64,000 nt of DNA from Alphaproteobacteria bacterium (GTDB lineage: Bacteria; Pseudomonadota; Alphaproteobacteria; MPNO01; UBA830), in assembly GCA_965243135.1 (NCBI GenBank), contig OZ251539.1, positions 5,920,001-5,984,000 of the forward strand. Direction: 5' to 3'. Positions 55,057 to 64,000 of this stretch are shown here, in pieces. The notes below the pieces were generated by a model. It was not told the origin of the DNA. It worked only from the letters and a program-made list of their open reading frames with translations, and searched no databases. The position numbers were made by a program, and so were the translations under genes. How positions within the stretch are numbered: the stretch's first letter is position 1; each line of letters starts with the position of its first letter.

Positions 55057-55598
55057 GAAACAGCCTCCTCCTCCATCGTCATGGCGCGCAGGCGCTTGCG
55101 CAATTCGTGCATCCGCCACGACACCGTCGCCTCCGACACGCCCAGGATGTCGGCGGCTTCGGCGTGGCGCAGGCCCTCCTCGAGGACCAGGGCCGCCGTC
55201 GTCCGCATATCCGCCGACAGCCGCGCCGTCGCCCGCCGCAGCCAGGCCTGCTCGCTTTCACGCTCGACGCGCGCAGCCCTGTCCAGCGCGTCGGCTTCGG
55301 CGTAGTCCCGTTCGTGGTGCCGCCTGGTCGCGTCGCGCCGGATCGCGTCGCGCGCCGCGTTGACGACCACCCGGTAGAGCCAGGTGGTGAAGAGGCTGTC
55401 GCCGCGATACGAAGGCAGCTTGGCGGCCAGCCCGGCGCAAACGTCCTGCGCGAGGTCTTCCGCCCCCTCGCGATCGTCGAGAACGCGGACGCAGAGACGG
55501 TAGACGCGGTCGTAATGGCGCTCGATCAGCGCGGCGAAGGCCTCGCGGTCTCCACCGCCGGCCCGGCGGACCAGCGCGGCGTCGCCCTCCCCGGTCAT
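55053..55598 (-). CDS. ECF RNA polymerase sigma factor
   Basis: DAALVRRA..AFAALI, AEDLAQD, FTTWLYRVVVN, EAADILGVSEATV. Confidence 0.92.
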   Translation of the reverse strand: MTGEGDAALVRRAGGGDREAFAALIERHYDRVYRLCVRVLDDREGAEDLAQDVCAGLAAKLPSYRGDSLFTTWLYRVVVNAARDAIRRDATRRHHERDYAEADALDRAARVERESEQAWLRRATARLSADMRTTAALVLEEGLRHAEAADILGVSEATVSWRMHELRKRLRAMTMEEEAVS

Positions 55599-55899
55599 GC
55601 GGCAATTGTCCGAGCGTTCATGTCGTTTGGACGCGCGCCGAACGGCATTCCTTGGCGACCGGCCGAATTTTTTTCGGGCGACGGGCGGCGGAAGCGGCGC
55701 GCGCTGTCCCCCGGCGAAGCGCGCCGCTGCATCTCCTGCCGCGACCGCCCGGAGACCGGCGCTGCGCGCATCGGCCTCTCGCGCCGGGGAGCGACCGCCG
55801 CGCCACGATTTCCTTGGAAAATCTGCAAGCGGACGTGACGAGGCCGACGAGATCCCGCCGCGAGTCGGTCGGGCTTCGTCCAGCTCTTCGGAACGGTGT

Positions 55900-56330
55900 C
55901 GTCGTCCAGGCGCTTACGACGAAGGTCGCTCGGCGCCGCCAGCGCCGTGGACAGATCCCGACGAGTCCGGTTTCGAGCATGTCGCGGTCCGGGAGTTCTC
56001 CGAACCGCTGTCCAGGGGACTCGCCGCCGACCTCCGGAAATTCGGCGCGCAGATCGTCGAGCGCCGCAGCGCGGGCAGTTTCGTACGCTCTTGCGAGGGC
56101 GGTGGGGTTCAACTGCGCTGCCGCAGGCCGCGGCCGCCTCCGCAAGCGTCGTCCCGCAGCAGGCGAAAGAATCCAGGACGACGGCGCCGCTCGGCGCGCA
56201 GGCAGCCAGCAACTTCTCGACAAGTTGCGGCGAGAATCGACCGGCCCAGGGAAAGGGATTCGCCCGCACTTTCCGTTCCATGTTCCGGCTGGACTGCGGC
56301 AGCGATTCCCGGTCGAGCATGGCCAAGGCT
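55900..56330 (-). pseudogene. DNA methyltransferase fragment
   Basis: PFPWAGRFSPQLVEKLL...VVLDSFACCGTT (degenerate DPFxGSGTT). Confidence 0.6.
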
Positions 56331-56574
56331 TTTTGAGGAGTTCGGGACCAACTTGCGTGAAGAGAGTTTAGCAGGTCGCCGCGAAGGACTTCCGGTTTGC
56401 AATGCATGCGGCGAAGAGCTCGTTACGCGACCTGCGAAGGAGAATCCCGTCGCAGCGGACCGCGAACGCTGCGAGTCGACGTTTAAGGCGAGACGTTCGC
56501 GCTGCGCAGTTTCGGACTTCCAGACATGTTCAACGGTCGCTCGACACTCCTTTGGCAAGGCGCGGCGATGGACG

Positions 56575-56848
56575 GAACCTTCCGGACCATCCCGGCTTCG
56601 ATCCCTGCAGGATGCCAGCGCGGTACATGGTGCACCATGTCCAGCGGGAAGACTATTCCGCGTACGAGGGCAATCCCGCGGCGGCTTATTTCCGGTTGCA
56701 GCAAGGCGACCCCGCCGATACGTCGCGCACCTGCGAGGAACTCGACAGGCTTCTGCCTTTGGACGAACCGTTGCGCCATCTTCTGTTGACAATGACGGCG
56801 CTCGGGTCAGAATGATTCCCAGAGACTACACTTGAAGGATCGCTGCTG
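56575..56848 (+). pseudogene. Truncated duplicate of the Rpn nuclease 3' half
   Basis: PDHPGFDPCRMPARYMVH...TMTALGSE nearly identical to 60340-60600, with small deletions. Confidence 0.85.
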
Positions 56849-57067
56849 ATGACTGGATTCGCTCGACATTACGATGCGGCCGTGGCCTCGAACCGCGAAC
56901 TCATGGCTGATCTTGCGGCCGAAAGGTTCGGCGCCGAGGCGGGAGAACGCCTGAAGTCCGCGCTCGACAGCATCGTTGATCCCGAGGAATTCCAGGCGGC
57001 GAGAGCCCACGTCACCGCCAGCCGGACGGCCGAGGAACTCTTCGCGTTTTTCGACAAGCGCCGCTGA
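56849..57067 (+). CDS. Rpn C-terminal small protein (RpnS-like), variant A
   Basis: GAAGGA RBS; 72 aa MTGFARHYDA...FFDKRR. Confidence 0.75.
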   Translation: MTGFARHYDAAVASNRELMADLAAERFGAEAGERLKSALDSIVDPEEFQAARAHVTASRTAEELFAFFDKRR

Positions 57068-57955
57068 AGCGGGCAGGCTTCCGGCGGGTCCACGGATAGC
57101 GGAACCTCCCGACCGCCGAGCCGGGATCCAAATTCCTCCCCCGAAGCCACGCTGGAAGAAGCGTTCCTGGTGACCGGCTTCGCTCGACATGCGGCCAAGG
57201 TTATCGCGGCCGAAGCGAGTGGCGCTTGCGCTGCGCCGTTTCTTGTCGACGGCCGTCAACTCGGCGCCCCGCGGACCGCCCGTCCGTGGGCAGACCCGCG
57301 AGGGTCGTGCGACCCTGATCGCAAAAAACGCGAATGCCGGATCGTTAAGGCGCAACGCTCCGGCACCTTGAGGCGTGGCCAATCCAACTGGTCTCATGGC
57401 AGAGACCGCTTGTCTGCATTGTGCTTCATAGTTGATAGGGGGTCATGAAAACAATCGATCGTCAGGCATCGTGTCAGGAGTGCTGAATTTTTTCGTCGAC
57501 TGCCGTCCGCCCGGCGCCCGGAGGATTGCGCCGGCCCTCCGGGGGCGGATCCGCCCGGAACGCACGGCTGCGGCCGACTTCCGGTCCCGGCGTTCGTCTG
57601 TTGCAGACAGGTACTGACAGGCGTTCGTCCTGCCGCTTGACTTCAGGACCATATTCTTGTATTGTTCCATATCGGGTCAGACGCCATGGGCCAATCTCCG
57701 CTGTGCGCTTGCGGGGATTGCCCGGATCGCCTGGCCTCGCCGCAACATGCGAACGGTCGTTCAGCCGCCAGCTTCCTGCGCTTCAAGGTTGAACGGGTCT
57801 TGCGCCGTTCCGCGGCGAGAACGCGGATGCCGCCCCGCTCGGGCGACGGCCGGCGTTCGAAAGAGATGGAGCCTGCGGGCCGCGCCGAACGACCCGGCTG
57901 CGGCTTCCGCGCTCCGGCAAGTAACGCAGAGCTGATGGTAGCGAAGGACCGGAAG

Positions 57956-59580
57956 CAGCAATTCCCGCTAAGGCTCAAAACCCTTGGAAAATATGGGGTC
58001 GGAAAAAAATTTTTCGTGGACTTTTCGAGGTGATTCGGGGCTATTTGCCTTCAAGCGGAGCATTTTTCTCTGGAAAGTGGTCCGAAGGCGAGGCGGGATT
58101 GTACCAAAATGGCCAGAATGCCAGGCATGCGCAAGACGCTCAGCGCTCCGGGGTTGCTGAAGGAAGTGCGAGCTTGTTTCGACCGTATCGAAGATCCGAT
58201 TGCCAGCCGGGGGCTGAACCAGACGGACTGTCTGATGTCGGGTTTGGCGGTGTTCGGTATGAAGTATGCGTCGCTTCTCGACGATGCCGCGCACGCCGAC
58301 GAAGCGGTTCGGCACAACCTCGCGAACTTGCGTCAAGCGTGTGCCGTCGGACTCTGCGATGCGAGAACGGCTTGACGAAGTCTGTCCGCGGCAATTGCGG
58401 CGTTGTTTCACGAAGATGTTCCAAGTTTTGCAACGAGGCAAGGGGCTGGAACAATACACTTGTCTGAACGGGTATTACGCTCTTTCGATCGATGGAACGG
58501 GATACTTTTCGTCGGACAAGGTGCACTGTAAAAACTGCTGCGAGAAACATCACCGCGACGGTACGATTACCTACTACCACCAGATGTTGGGAGCCGTTCT
58601 GGTGCACCCGGAACAGAAGGAGGTTTTTCCGTTTGCACCGGAATCGATCCTGAAGGGAGACGGCGCAAAAAAGAATGATTGCGAAGCGGCGAAACGGCTT
58701 TTGAAAGATGTGCGTCGTGAACACCCGCACCTGAAGTTGATCGTGTTGGAGGATGGGCTGGCCTCAAATGGACCGCATGTCAATCTTCTCAAGGAGTTAG
58801 ACATGCGTTTCATACTGGGTGCAAAGCCTGGCGACCACAAGTTCCTGTGGGTCAACAACGCGCCGTCCGTGGAGCACCGGGAGTTCACGGACGAGGACAA
58901 CATACGGCACGAATTCCGGTATCTCAACGGAGTGCCTCTGAACGATACGCACTTCGACCTCAAAGTGAACTTTCTCGAATACTGGGAGAAGCTTCCAAAC
59001 GGCAAGAAACAACGTTTCTCCTGGGTCACGGATCTGCCAATTGACGAAGAGAACCTGATGGAGTTGATGCGCACCGGGCGGGCGCGCTGGAAGATCGAGA
59101 ACGAAACTTTCAACACCCTGAAGAACCAAGGCTACTGCTTTGAGCACAACTTCGGTCACGGTAACAACAATCTGTCGACTGTCTTCGCGTTCCTGATGAT
59201 GCTAGCGTTCCTGATTGACCAGATTCAACAGCGATGTTGCAAACTGTTCCAACAGGCGCAAACGAAGGCCAAGCGGCCCATTTACTTCTGGGAAAAAGTG
59301 CGGGCATTGTTTCTCGACTACTTCCTGAAGGACTGGGAGACGCTCTACCGAATGATCGCGTTTGGACACCGGAAAGCAGTGGGAATTCCCTACGATACCT
59401 CCTGACCCAGCACCGTGTCCGAGTGTGCTAAAGCAGGTTTTTCAGGGGAAGCAGGGTAGTCAAGGCTATGTCGGCGCCAGGCCGAAGCGGGAAAGGTGCG
59501 TCGCGACGGCTGGTCCCTCGGTAACGATGCTATCTCGACGCGCCTTTTGCAAAGGGCGGCCACCTTAGCGGGAATTTCTG
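57956..59580 (+). mobile_element. DDE insertion sequence (family uncertain; 5' frameshift)
   Basis: IRs CAGCAATTCCCGCTAAGG / CCTTAGCGGGAATTTCTG; 9-bp duplication GACCGGAAG; motifs SIDGTG, LEDGL, GRARWKIENETFNTLK. Confidence 0.9.
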
Positions 59581-59590
59581 GACCGGAAGG

Positions 59591-60835
59591 ATGAAGAAAC
59601 GACAACTCGCAGCCGCGGTCAGGACGGGTTTTCCGGAACTCGTCGTCGAATTGTACCGTCGGGAGAACGACCCGAAAGACGGGAAGGGCCGGAACCTTCT
59701 CCATCACGCCGCCATGGTCCGGAAAGGGGGCGCGGAAATCATCGCGGCCCTCGCCGCGGACGGAGCCGACGTGGATCTTCCGGACCGGAATGGCCGGACG
59801 GCGCTTCACTACGCCGCCCGCGACGAGAACTACGCCGCGCTCGCCGCCCTGATCGGGTGCGGCGCGAACCTTTCCTTCAAAGACCGGCGGGGGCGGGCTC
59901 CTCTGCCGATGCTGGACAGGCCGGGGCGTCATCCGCACGACGCGATCGCCCGGTTCACCTTCGGATATCCGGTAATGGCGCGCGCCCTGCTGCGGACGCT
60001 CCTGCCGTCCGGCATGGTGCCGGACGACGCGGACATCCGCCGGATTGATGGAGAGCTCGTCTCCCGCTCGCTCAGCCGCAGCCTCCGCAGCGACATGATC
60101 CTGGTTCTGGAACGGAAGAACGCCTGGCCGTTCGCCGTCATCGTCGAATTCCAGTCCGGCGTCGACCGCGCAATGGCGCACCGGATGGCGTCCTACCGGA
60201 CCGAGCTCGCCGAAAGCGTCCAGCGGAACCACAGGGATCTCATGGACGCCAAGGGCCGGGTTCCGTTCATCCTCCCGATCGTCGTCCATACGGGGGCCGA
60301 TGTCTGGAATGCGGACGACAACGCGGAGAGTCTGACGGTTCCGCCGGACCATCCCGGCTTCGATCCCTACAGGATGCCGGCACGATACATGGTGCACGAT
60401 GTCCAGCGGGAAGACTATTCCGCGTACGAGGACAATCCCGCGGCGGCTTATTTCCGGCTGCAGCAGGGCGACCCCGCCGACACGTTGCGCGCCTGCGAGG
60501 AACTCGACAGGCTTTTGCCGGTGGAAGAATATCGACCGTTGCGCCATCTTCTGTTGACAATGACGGCGGTCGGGTCAGAATGGTTCCCCGAGACTGAACT
60601 TGAAGGATCGCTGCAGATGACCGGATTCGCTCGACATTACGATGCGGTTGTGGTCTCGACCCGCGAACTCATGGCTGATCTTGCAGCCGAAAGGTTCGGC
60701 GCCGAGGCGGGAGAACGCCTGAAGTCCGCGCTCGACGGCATCGTCGATCCCGAGGAATTCCAGGCAGCGAAAGCCCACGTCAGAGGCAGCCGGACGGCCG
60801 AGGAACTCTTCGCGTTTTTCGACAAGCGCCACTGA
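59591..60835 (+). CDS. Ankyrin-repeat / Rpn (YhgA-like, PD-(D/E)XK) nuclease fusion
   Basis: Ankyrin GRNLLHHAA, GADVDLPDRNGRTALHYAA, GAN..KDRRGRAPL; Rpn HPHD..F..ARALL..LP, RSDMIL, IVEFQS..D..MAHRM..Y, PFILPIVVHTG...W. Confidence 0.85.
   Translation: MKKRQLAAAVRTGFPELVVELYRRENDPKDGKGRNLLHHAAMVRKGGAEIIAALAADGADVDLPDRNGRTALHYAARDENYAALAALIGCGANLSFKDRRGRAPLPMLDRPGRHPHDAIARFTFGYPVMARALLRTLLPSGMVPDDADIRRIDGELVSRSLSRSLRSDMILVLERKNAWPFAVIVEFQSGVDRAMAHRMASYRTELAESVQRNHRDLMDAKGRVPFILPIVVHTGADVWNADDNAESLTVPPDHPGFDPYRMPARYMVHDVQREDYSAYEDNPAAAYFRLQQGDPADTLRACEELDRLLPVEEYRPLRHLLLTMTAVGSEWFPETELEGSLQMTGFARHYDAVVVSTRELMADLAAERFGAEAGERLKSALDGIVDPEEFQAAKAHVRGSRTAEELFAFFDKRH
60617..60835 (+). CDS. Putative intragenic in-frame small protein (RpnS-like), variant B
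   Basis: Internal GAAGGA RBS 9 nt before an in-frame ATG; the same unit occurs free-standing nearby. Confidence 0.7.
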   Translation: MTGFARHYDAVVVSTRELMADLAAERFGAEAGERLKSALDGIVDPEEFQAAKAHVRGSRTAEELFAFFDKRH

Positions 60836-60944
60836 AGCGGGCGGGCTTCCGGCGGGCCCGCGCGTCGTCGTCGGCGAAAAATGTGCGGACGCGAAGCCGT
60901 GCTCCAAATTCTTCCCCGAAGCTGCACTTGAAGGATCGCTGCAG

Positions 60945-61163
60945 ATGACCGGATTCGCTCGACATTACGATGCGGTTGTGGCGTCGAACCGCGAACTCAT
61001 GGCCATGCTTGCGGCCGAAAGGTTCGGCGCCGAGGCGGGAGAACGCCTGAAGTCCGCGCTCGACGGCATCGTCGATCGCGAGGAATTCCAGAAAGCGACT
61101 GCCCATGTCACCGCCAGCCGGACGGCCGAGGAACTCTTCGCGTTTTTCGACAAGCGCCACTGA
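60945..61163 (+). CDS. RpnS-like cassette, variant C
   Basis: Same RBS context GAAGGATCGCTGCAGATG; 72 aa. Confidence 0.8.
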   Translation: MTGFARHYDAVVASNRELMAMLAAERFGAEAGERLKSALDGIVDREEFQKATAHVTASRTAEELFAFFDKRH

Positions 61164-61179
61164 AGCGGGCGTATGTTCG

Positions 61180-61422
61180 GTGAAGACCGGATTCGCTCGA
61201 CATTACGATGCGGTTGTGGTTTCGAACCGCGAACTCATGGCCAAGAACCGCAAACTCATGGCTATACTTGCGGCCCAAAGGTTCGGTGCCGAAGCGGGAG
61301 AACGCCTGAAGTCCGAGCTCGACGGCATCGTCGACCCCGAGGAATTCCAGAAAGCGACCGCCCACGTCAGAGGCAGCCGTACGGCCGAGGAACTCTTCGC
61401 GTTTTTCGACGAGCGTCATTGA
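61180..61422 (+). CDS. RpnS-like cassette, variant D (7-aa internal duplication)
   Basis: GTG start; VKTGFARHYDA..ELMAKNRKLMA..FFDERH; RBS not obvious. Confidence 0.65.
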   Translation: MKTGFARHYDAVVVSNRELMAKNRKLMAILAAQRFGAEAGERLKSELDGIVDPEEFQKATAHVRGSRTAEELFAFFDERH

Positions 61423-62141
61423 AGCGGGCGGGCTTCCGGCGGGCCGCGGAGCCTCCCGGCCGCCGATCCCGGGTCCAAATCCCTTTCCGAAGCCGCGCTG
61501 GAAGAAGCGTTCCTGATGACCGGCTTCGCTCGGCATGCGGCCATGGCCATCGCGGACGAGGCGCTTGCGCTGCGCCGTTTTTGTCGGCGGCCGTCATTTT
61601 TGCACCCCGCGGCCGCCCATGGTCGGGCGAAGGTTGTGCGGCCCCCTGATCGCCAAAAAACGCGAATGCCGGGTCGCTCCGGCGCACCGCCCCGGCGCCT
61701 TGAGTTACTGTCCAACCCAACCGGTCTCGCGACGGAGACCGCCCGCGTTGCGCTTCATAGAGGCAAAATTCAGCAGGTTGGGGAGGATTTCCGCGGAACC
61801 GCGCCGTTGCGATAGCGGAGCATGCATAACGCTAATCGAGCCATAATATTGCCCCTTGGAAAGCTGTCCGCGTTTCAAGGTTTGCGCGCGGCGCATGCGG
61901 CTCGAGCCTCCGGAGGCCGCAAGGCGGTCGACCAGGGGACCGCCTCCGCGCCTTGACGGCCATCTCGAGACGTCAAGAACCGCGCCGGACGCTCGTGCCG
62001 GCAAAGCGCATTCAGCGGCCGACCGTCTTCGAAAAGCGCGGGATTTTTGGTAAAATCCGGTTTCGCCGGACGGCGAATGACCTTACCTTGCGTTCGCCCG
62101 TCGGAGAAGCGGGCATACAGCAGCCCCAACAGGAGACACGC

Positions 62142-62795
62142 ATGTCGGAAGATCAGGCTCTGGCCGCCGCTCGCGCCAGAATAATGGATTACCGGGCGCG
62201 AATCGGGCGGCTCGACGACGATTCGCTCGATCTCGTCTTTCGCGAAGCCCGCAACCACAACGGGTGGCAGGATCGGGAGGTCGCCGACGATCAGCTGCGC
62301 GAAATCTGGGATCTGACGAAGTTCGGATCGACCAGCGCCAACACCCTGCCGGCCCGGATCGTTTTCGTCCGCTCCCCGGAGGCGAAGGAGAAGCTCCGGC
62401 CTTGCCTGTCGCCGCCCAACGTCGACAAGACCATGGCGGCGCCGGCCACCGCGCTTCTCGCGTACGACGTCAGGTTCTTCGACGATTTCGCGAAACTCTA
62501 TCCGGTGCGCCCGGAAATGGCGGAGCAATGGAAGTCGGACGCCGCTGCGGCCGAGGCGTTCGCGATGCATCAGAGCACGATGCAGGGCGCTTATCTCATC
62601 CTCGCCATTCGCGCGGTGGGCCTCGACGCCGGCGCCATGCTCGGCTTCGATCGGCAGGCGGCGGACAAGGCCTTTCTCGAAGGCACGACGTGGAGGTCGA
62701 ATTTCCTGTGCAATATCGGTTACGGCGACCTGGAAGGCATCAAGGGGCCGAGGCTGTACCGTTACGCCTTCGACGAGGCTTGCCGGATCGTCTGA
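62142..62795 (+). CDS. RutE-like nitroreductase (malonic semialdehyde reductase family)
   Basis: LVFREARNHNGW, STSANTLPARIVF, QGAYLILAIRAVGLDAGAMLGFD, NFLCNIGYGD. Confidence 0.88.
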   Translation: MSEDQALAAARARIMDYRARIGRLDDDSLDLVFREARNHNGWQDREVADDQLREIWDLTKFGSTSANTLPARIVFVRSPEAKEKLRPCLSPPNVDKTMAAPATALLAYDVRFFDDFAKLYPVRPEMAEQWKSDAAAAEAFAMHQSTMQGAYLILAIRAVGLDAGAMLGFDRQAADKAFLEGTTWRSNFLCNIGYGDLEGIKGPRLYRYAFDEACRIV

Positions 62796-62799
62796 CGGC

Positions 62800-63564
62800 C
62801 TATCGCCACCCGCCGCCGCCGTTCACGTAGACGGTATCGGCCGTCATGTAGGGACAGGCGTCCGAGCAAGCGAACAGGACGAGTTCGCCGATTTCATCGG
62901 GCGTTCCCAGCCGCTTCATCGGCACGTCTTCGATCATCCGCTGCAGGAGTTCGGGCGAGGAAACGTGCTGGAACGGCGTGTCGACGGGGCCGGGCGAGAT
63001 CGACAGGGCGCGAATGCCGCGGTCGACGAATTCGCGGGCGACGCCCATGGTCAGCGTCACCACCGCGCCCTTGGCCGATGCGTAGTGCGTGGAGTGCCCT
63101 GGCCCGCCGCGCCGGTGCGCCATGCTCGCGATGTTGACGATCACGCCTCCGCCGCGCTCGATCATGTTCGGAATCGTCGCCTGCATGCAGTGGAACGTTC
63201 CGTCGACGTTGAGCGCGTAGGTCTTGCGCCAGAGGGTTTCGTCGATTTCGAGGAACGTCGCGCGCCGCCCGGCGGCGCCGGCGCTGTTCAGCAGAAAGTC
63301 GATGCCGCCGAAGGCGCCGATGCCCTCCGCGACCAAGGCGTCGACGGCGGGCCGATCCGTCACGTCGACGGTCGCCCCGAGCGCGTCGCCGCCGCTCTTT
63401 CGAATCCGTTCGGCGACCGACCGGGCGCCCTCGCCGTCGATATCGGCGGCGATGACGTTCGCGCCTTCGCGCGCGAAGATGAGGCAGGTCGCGCGACCGA
63501 TGCCGCTGGCGCCGCCCGTTACGAGGATCGTTTTGCCGCGGAAATAATCCGGCGTCTTCGGCAT
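62800..63564 (-). CDS. SDR-family oxidoreductase
   Basis: TGGASGIG, NSAG, YASAK. Confidence 0.92.
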   Translation of the reverse strand: MPKTPDYFRGKTILVTGGASGIGRATCLIFAREGANVIAADIDGEGARSVAERIRKSGGDALGATVDVTDRPAVDALVAEGIGAFGGIDFLLNSAGAAGRRATFLEIDETLWRKTYALNVDGTFHCMQATIPNMIERGGGVIVNIASMAHRRGGPGHSTHYASAKGAVVTLTMGVAREFVDRGIRALSISPGPVDTPFQHVSSPELLQRMIEDVPMKRLGTPDEIGELVLFACSDACPYMTADTVYVNGGGGWR

Positions 63565-63858
63565 GGCGTCGGCCCCGCTGGTTGCTGAAGTTCGGCACGG
63601 CGTTCCCGTCAGGATAGCGCCCGTGCGGAAAGGACGAAAGGAGCCCGGCCGCGTCCGCTCGGTTCGTCGAGCGCCGCAGAGGCCCGGGACGCGCCCGGCG
63701 CTTTGCGGCCGCGGCGCGAACTTGGCTCCGGCCGGAAGGCGTCCTATATCGGAGCGAGCGCGGACGGAGCGCGGTTGGGCTTTCGCGCCGTCGCCCGTCG
63801 CATGCGGCGGCTGGCGGAGCCTGGCGCGCCCGCGCGGCCGGTTTCGGGAGCTGCCGTC

Positions 63859-64000
63859 ATGAACTCTCTTGGCCTGGAAGGGAATCCGGCCGACGCCAGG
63901 GTCGTGGTCGCCATGTCGGGCGGAGTCGACAGCTCCGTCGCGGCGGCCTTGCTGGCGGAAGAAGGCTACGAAACCGTCGGCGTGACGCTTCGCCTTCACG
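63859..64000 (+). CDS. mnmA: tRNA 2-thiouridylase, 5' part
   Basis: [31 protein letters not shown]; runs off the window. Confidence 0.9.
   Translation, partial: MNSLGLEGNPADARVVVAMSGGVDSSVAAALLAEEGYETVGVTLRLH

Noticed and set aside
55900-56330. Functional restriction-modification system
   Set aside because: The methylase motif is degenerate and fragmented, and no intact partner is adjacent

Overview
High-GC alphaproteobacterial (Rhodospirillales-like) chromosomal window. Intact housekeeping blocks are tsaB-rimI-mucR-fur-olsB-plsC-miaB-phoH-ybeY-corC-lnt on +, metK-trmB-rimP-nusA-ylxR-infB-rbfA-truB on -, and rutE-like, SDR and the start of mnmA at the right end. They alternate with three decayed accessory regions. 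(1) 1-9.8 kb: IS66 ends, a TrwC relaxase remnant, a PD-(D/E)XK nuclease, two tandem tyrosine integrases and an IS4/IS50-like element. (2) 23.6-43.5 kb: a low-GC ~1000-aa probable polymorphic toxin, followed by a nested stack of IS66, ISAs1-like, IS4-like and ISKra4 elements and a group II intron. Several terminal inverted repeats and target duplications are readable directly. A DUF4338 (DruA-like) module accompanies three unrelated transposase families, six copies in all. (3) 52.9-61.8 kb: an ECF sigma/vWA pair, a methylase remnant and an ankyrin-Rpn (PD-(D/E)XK) nuclease fusion. The 72-aa C-terminus of the fusion has its own RBS/ATG and recurs as an array of mosaic stand-alone cassettes, which suggests a diversified intragenic toxin-antitoxin/anti-phage system. 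All family assignments come from motif recognition by eye; no searches were run.
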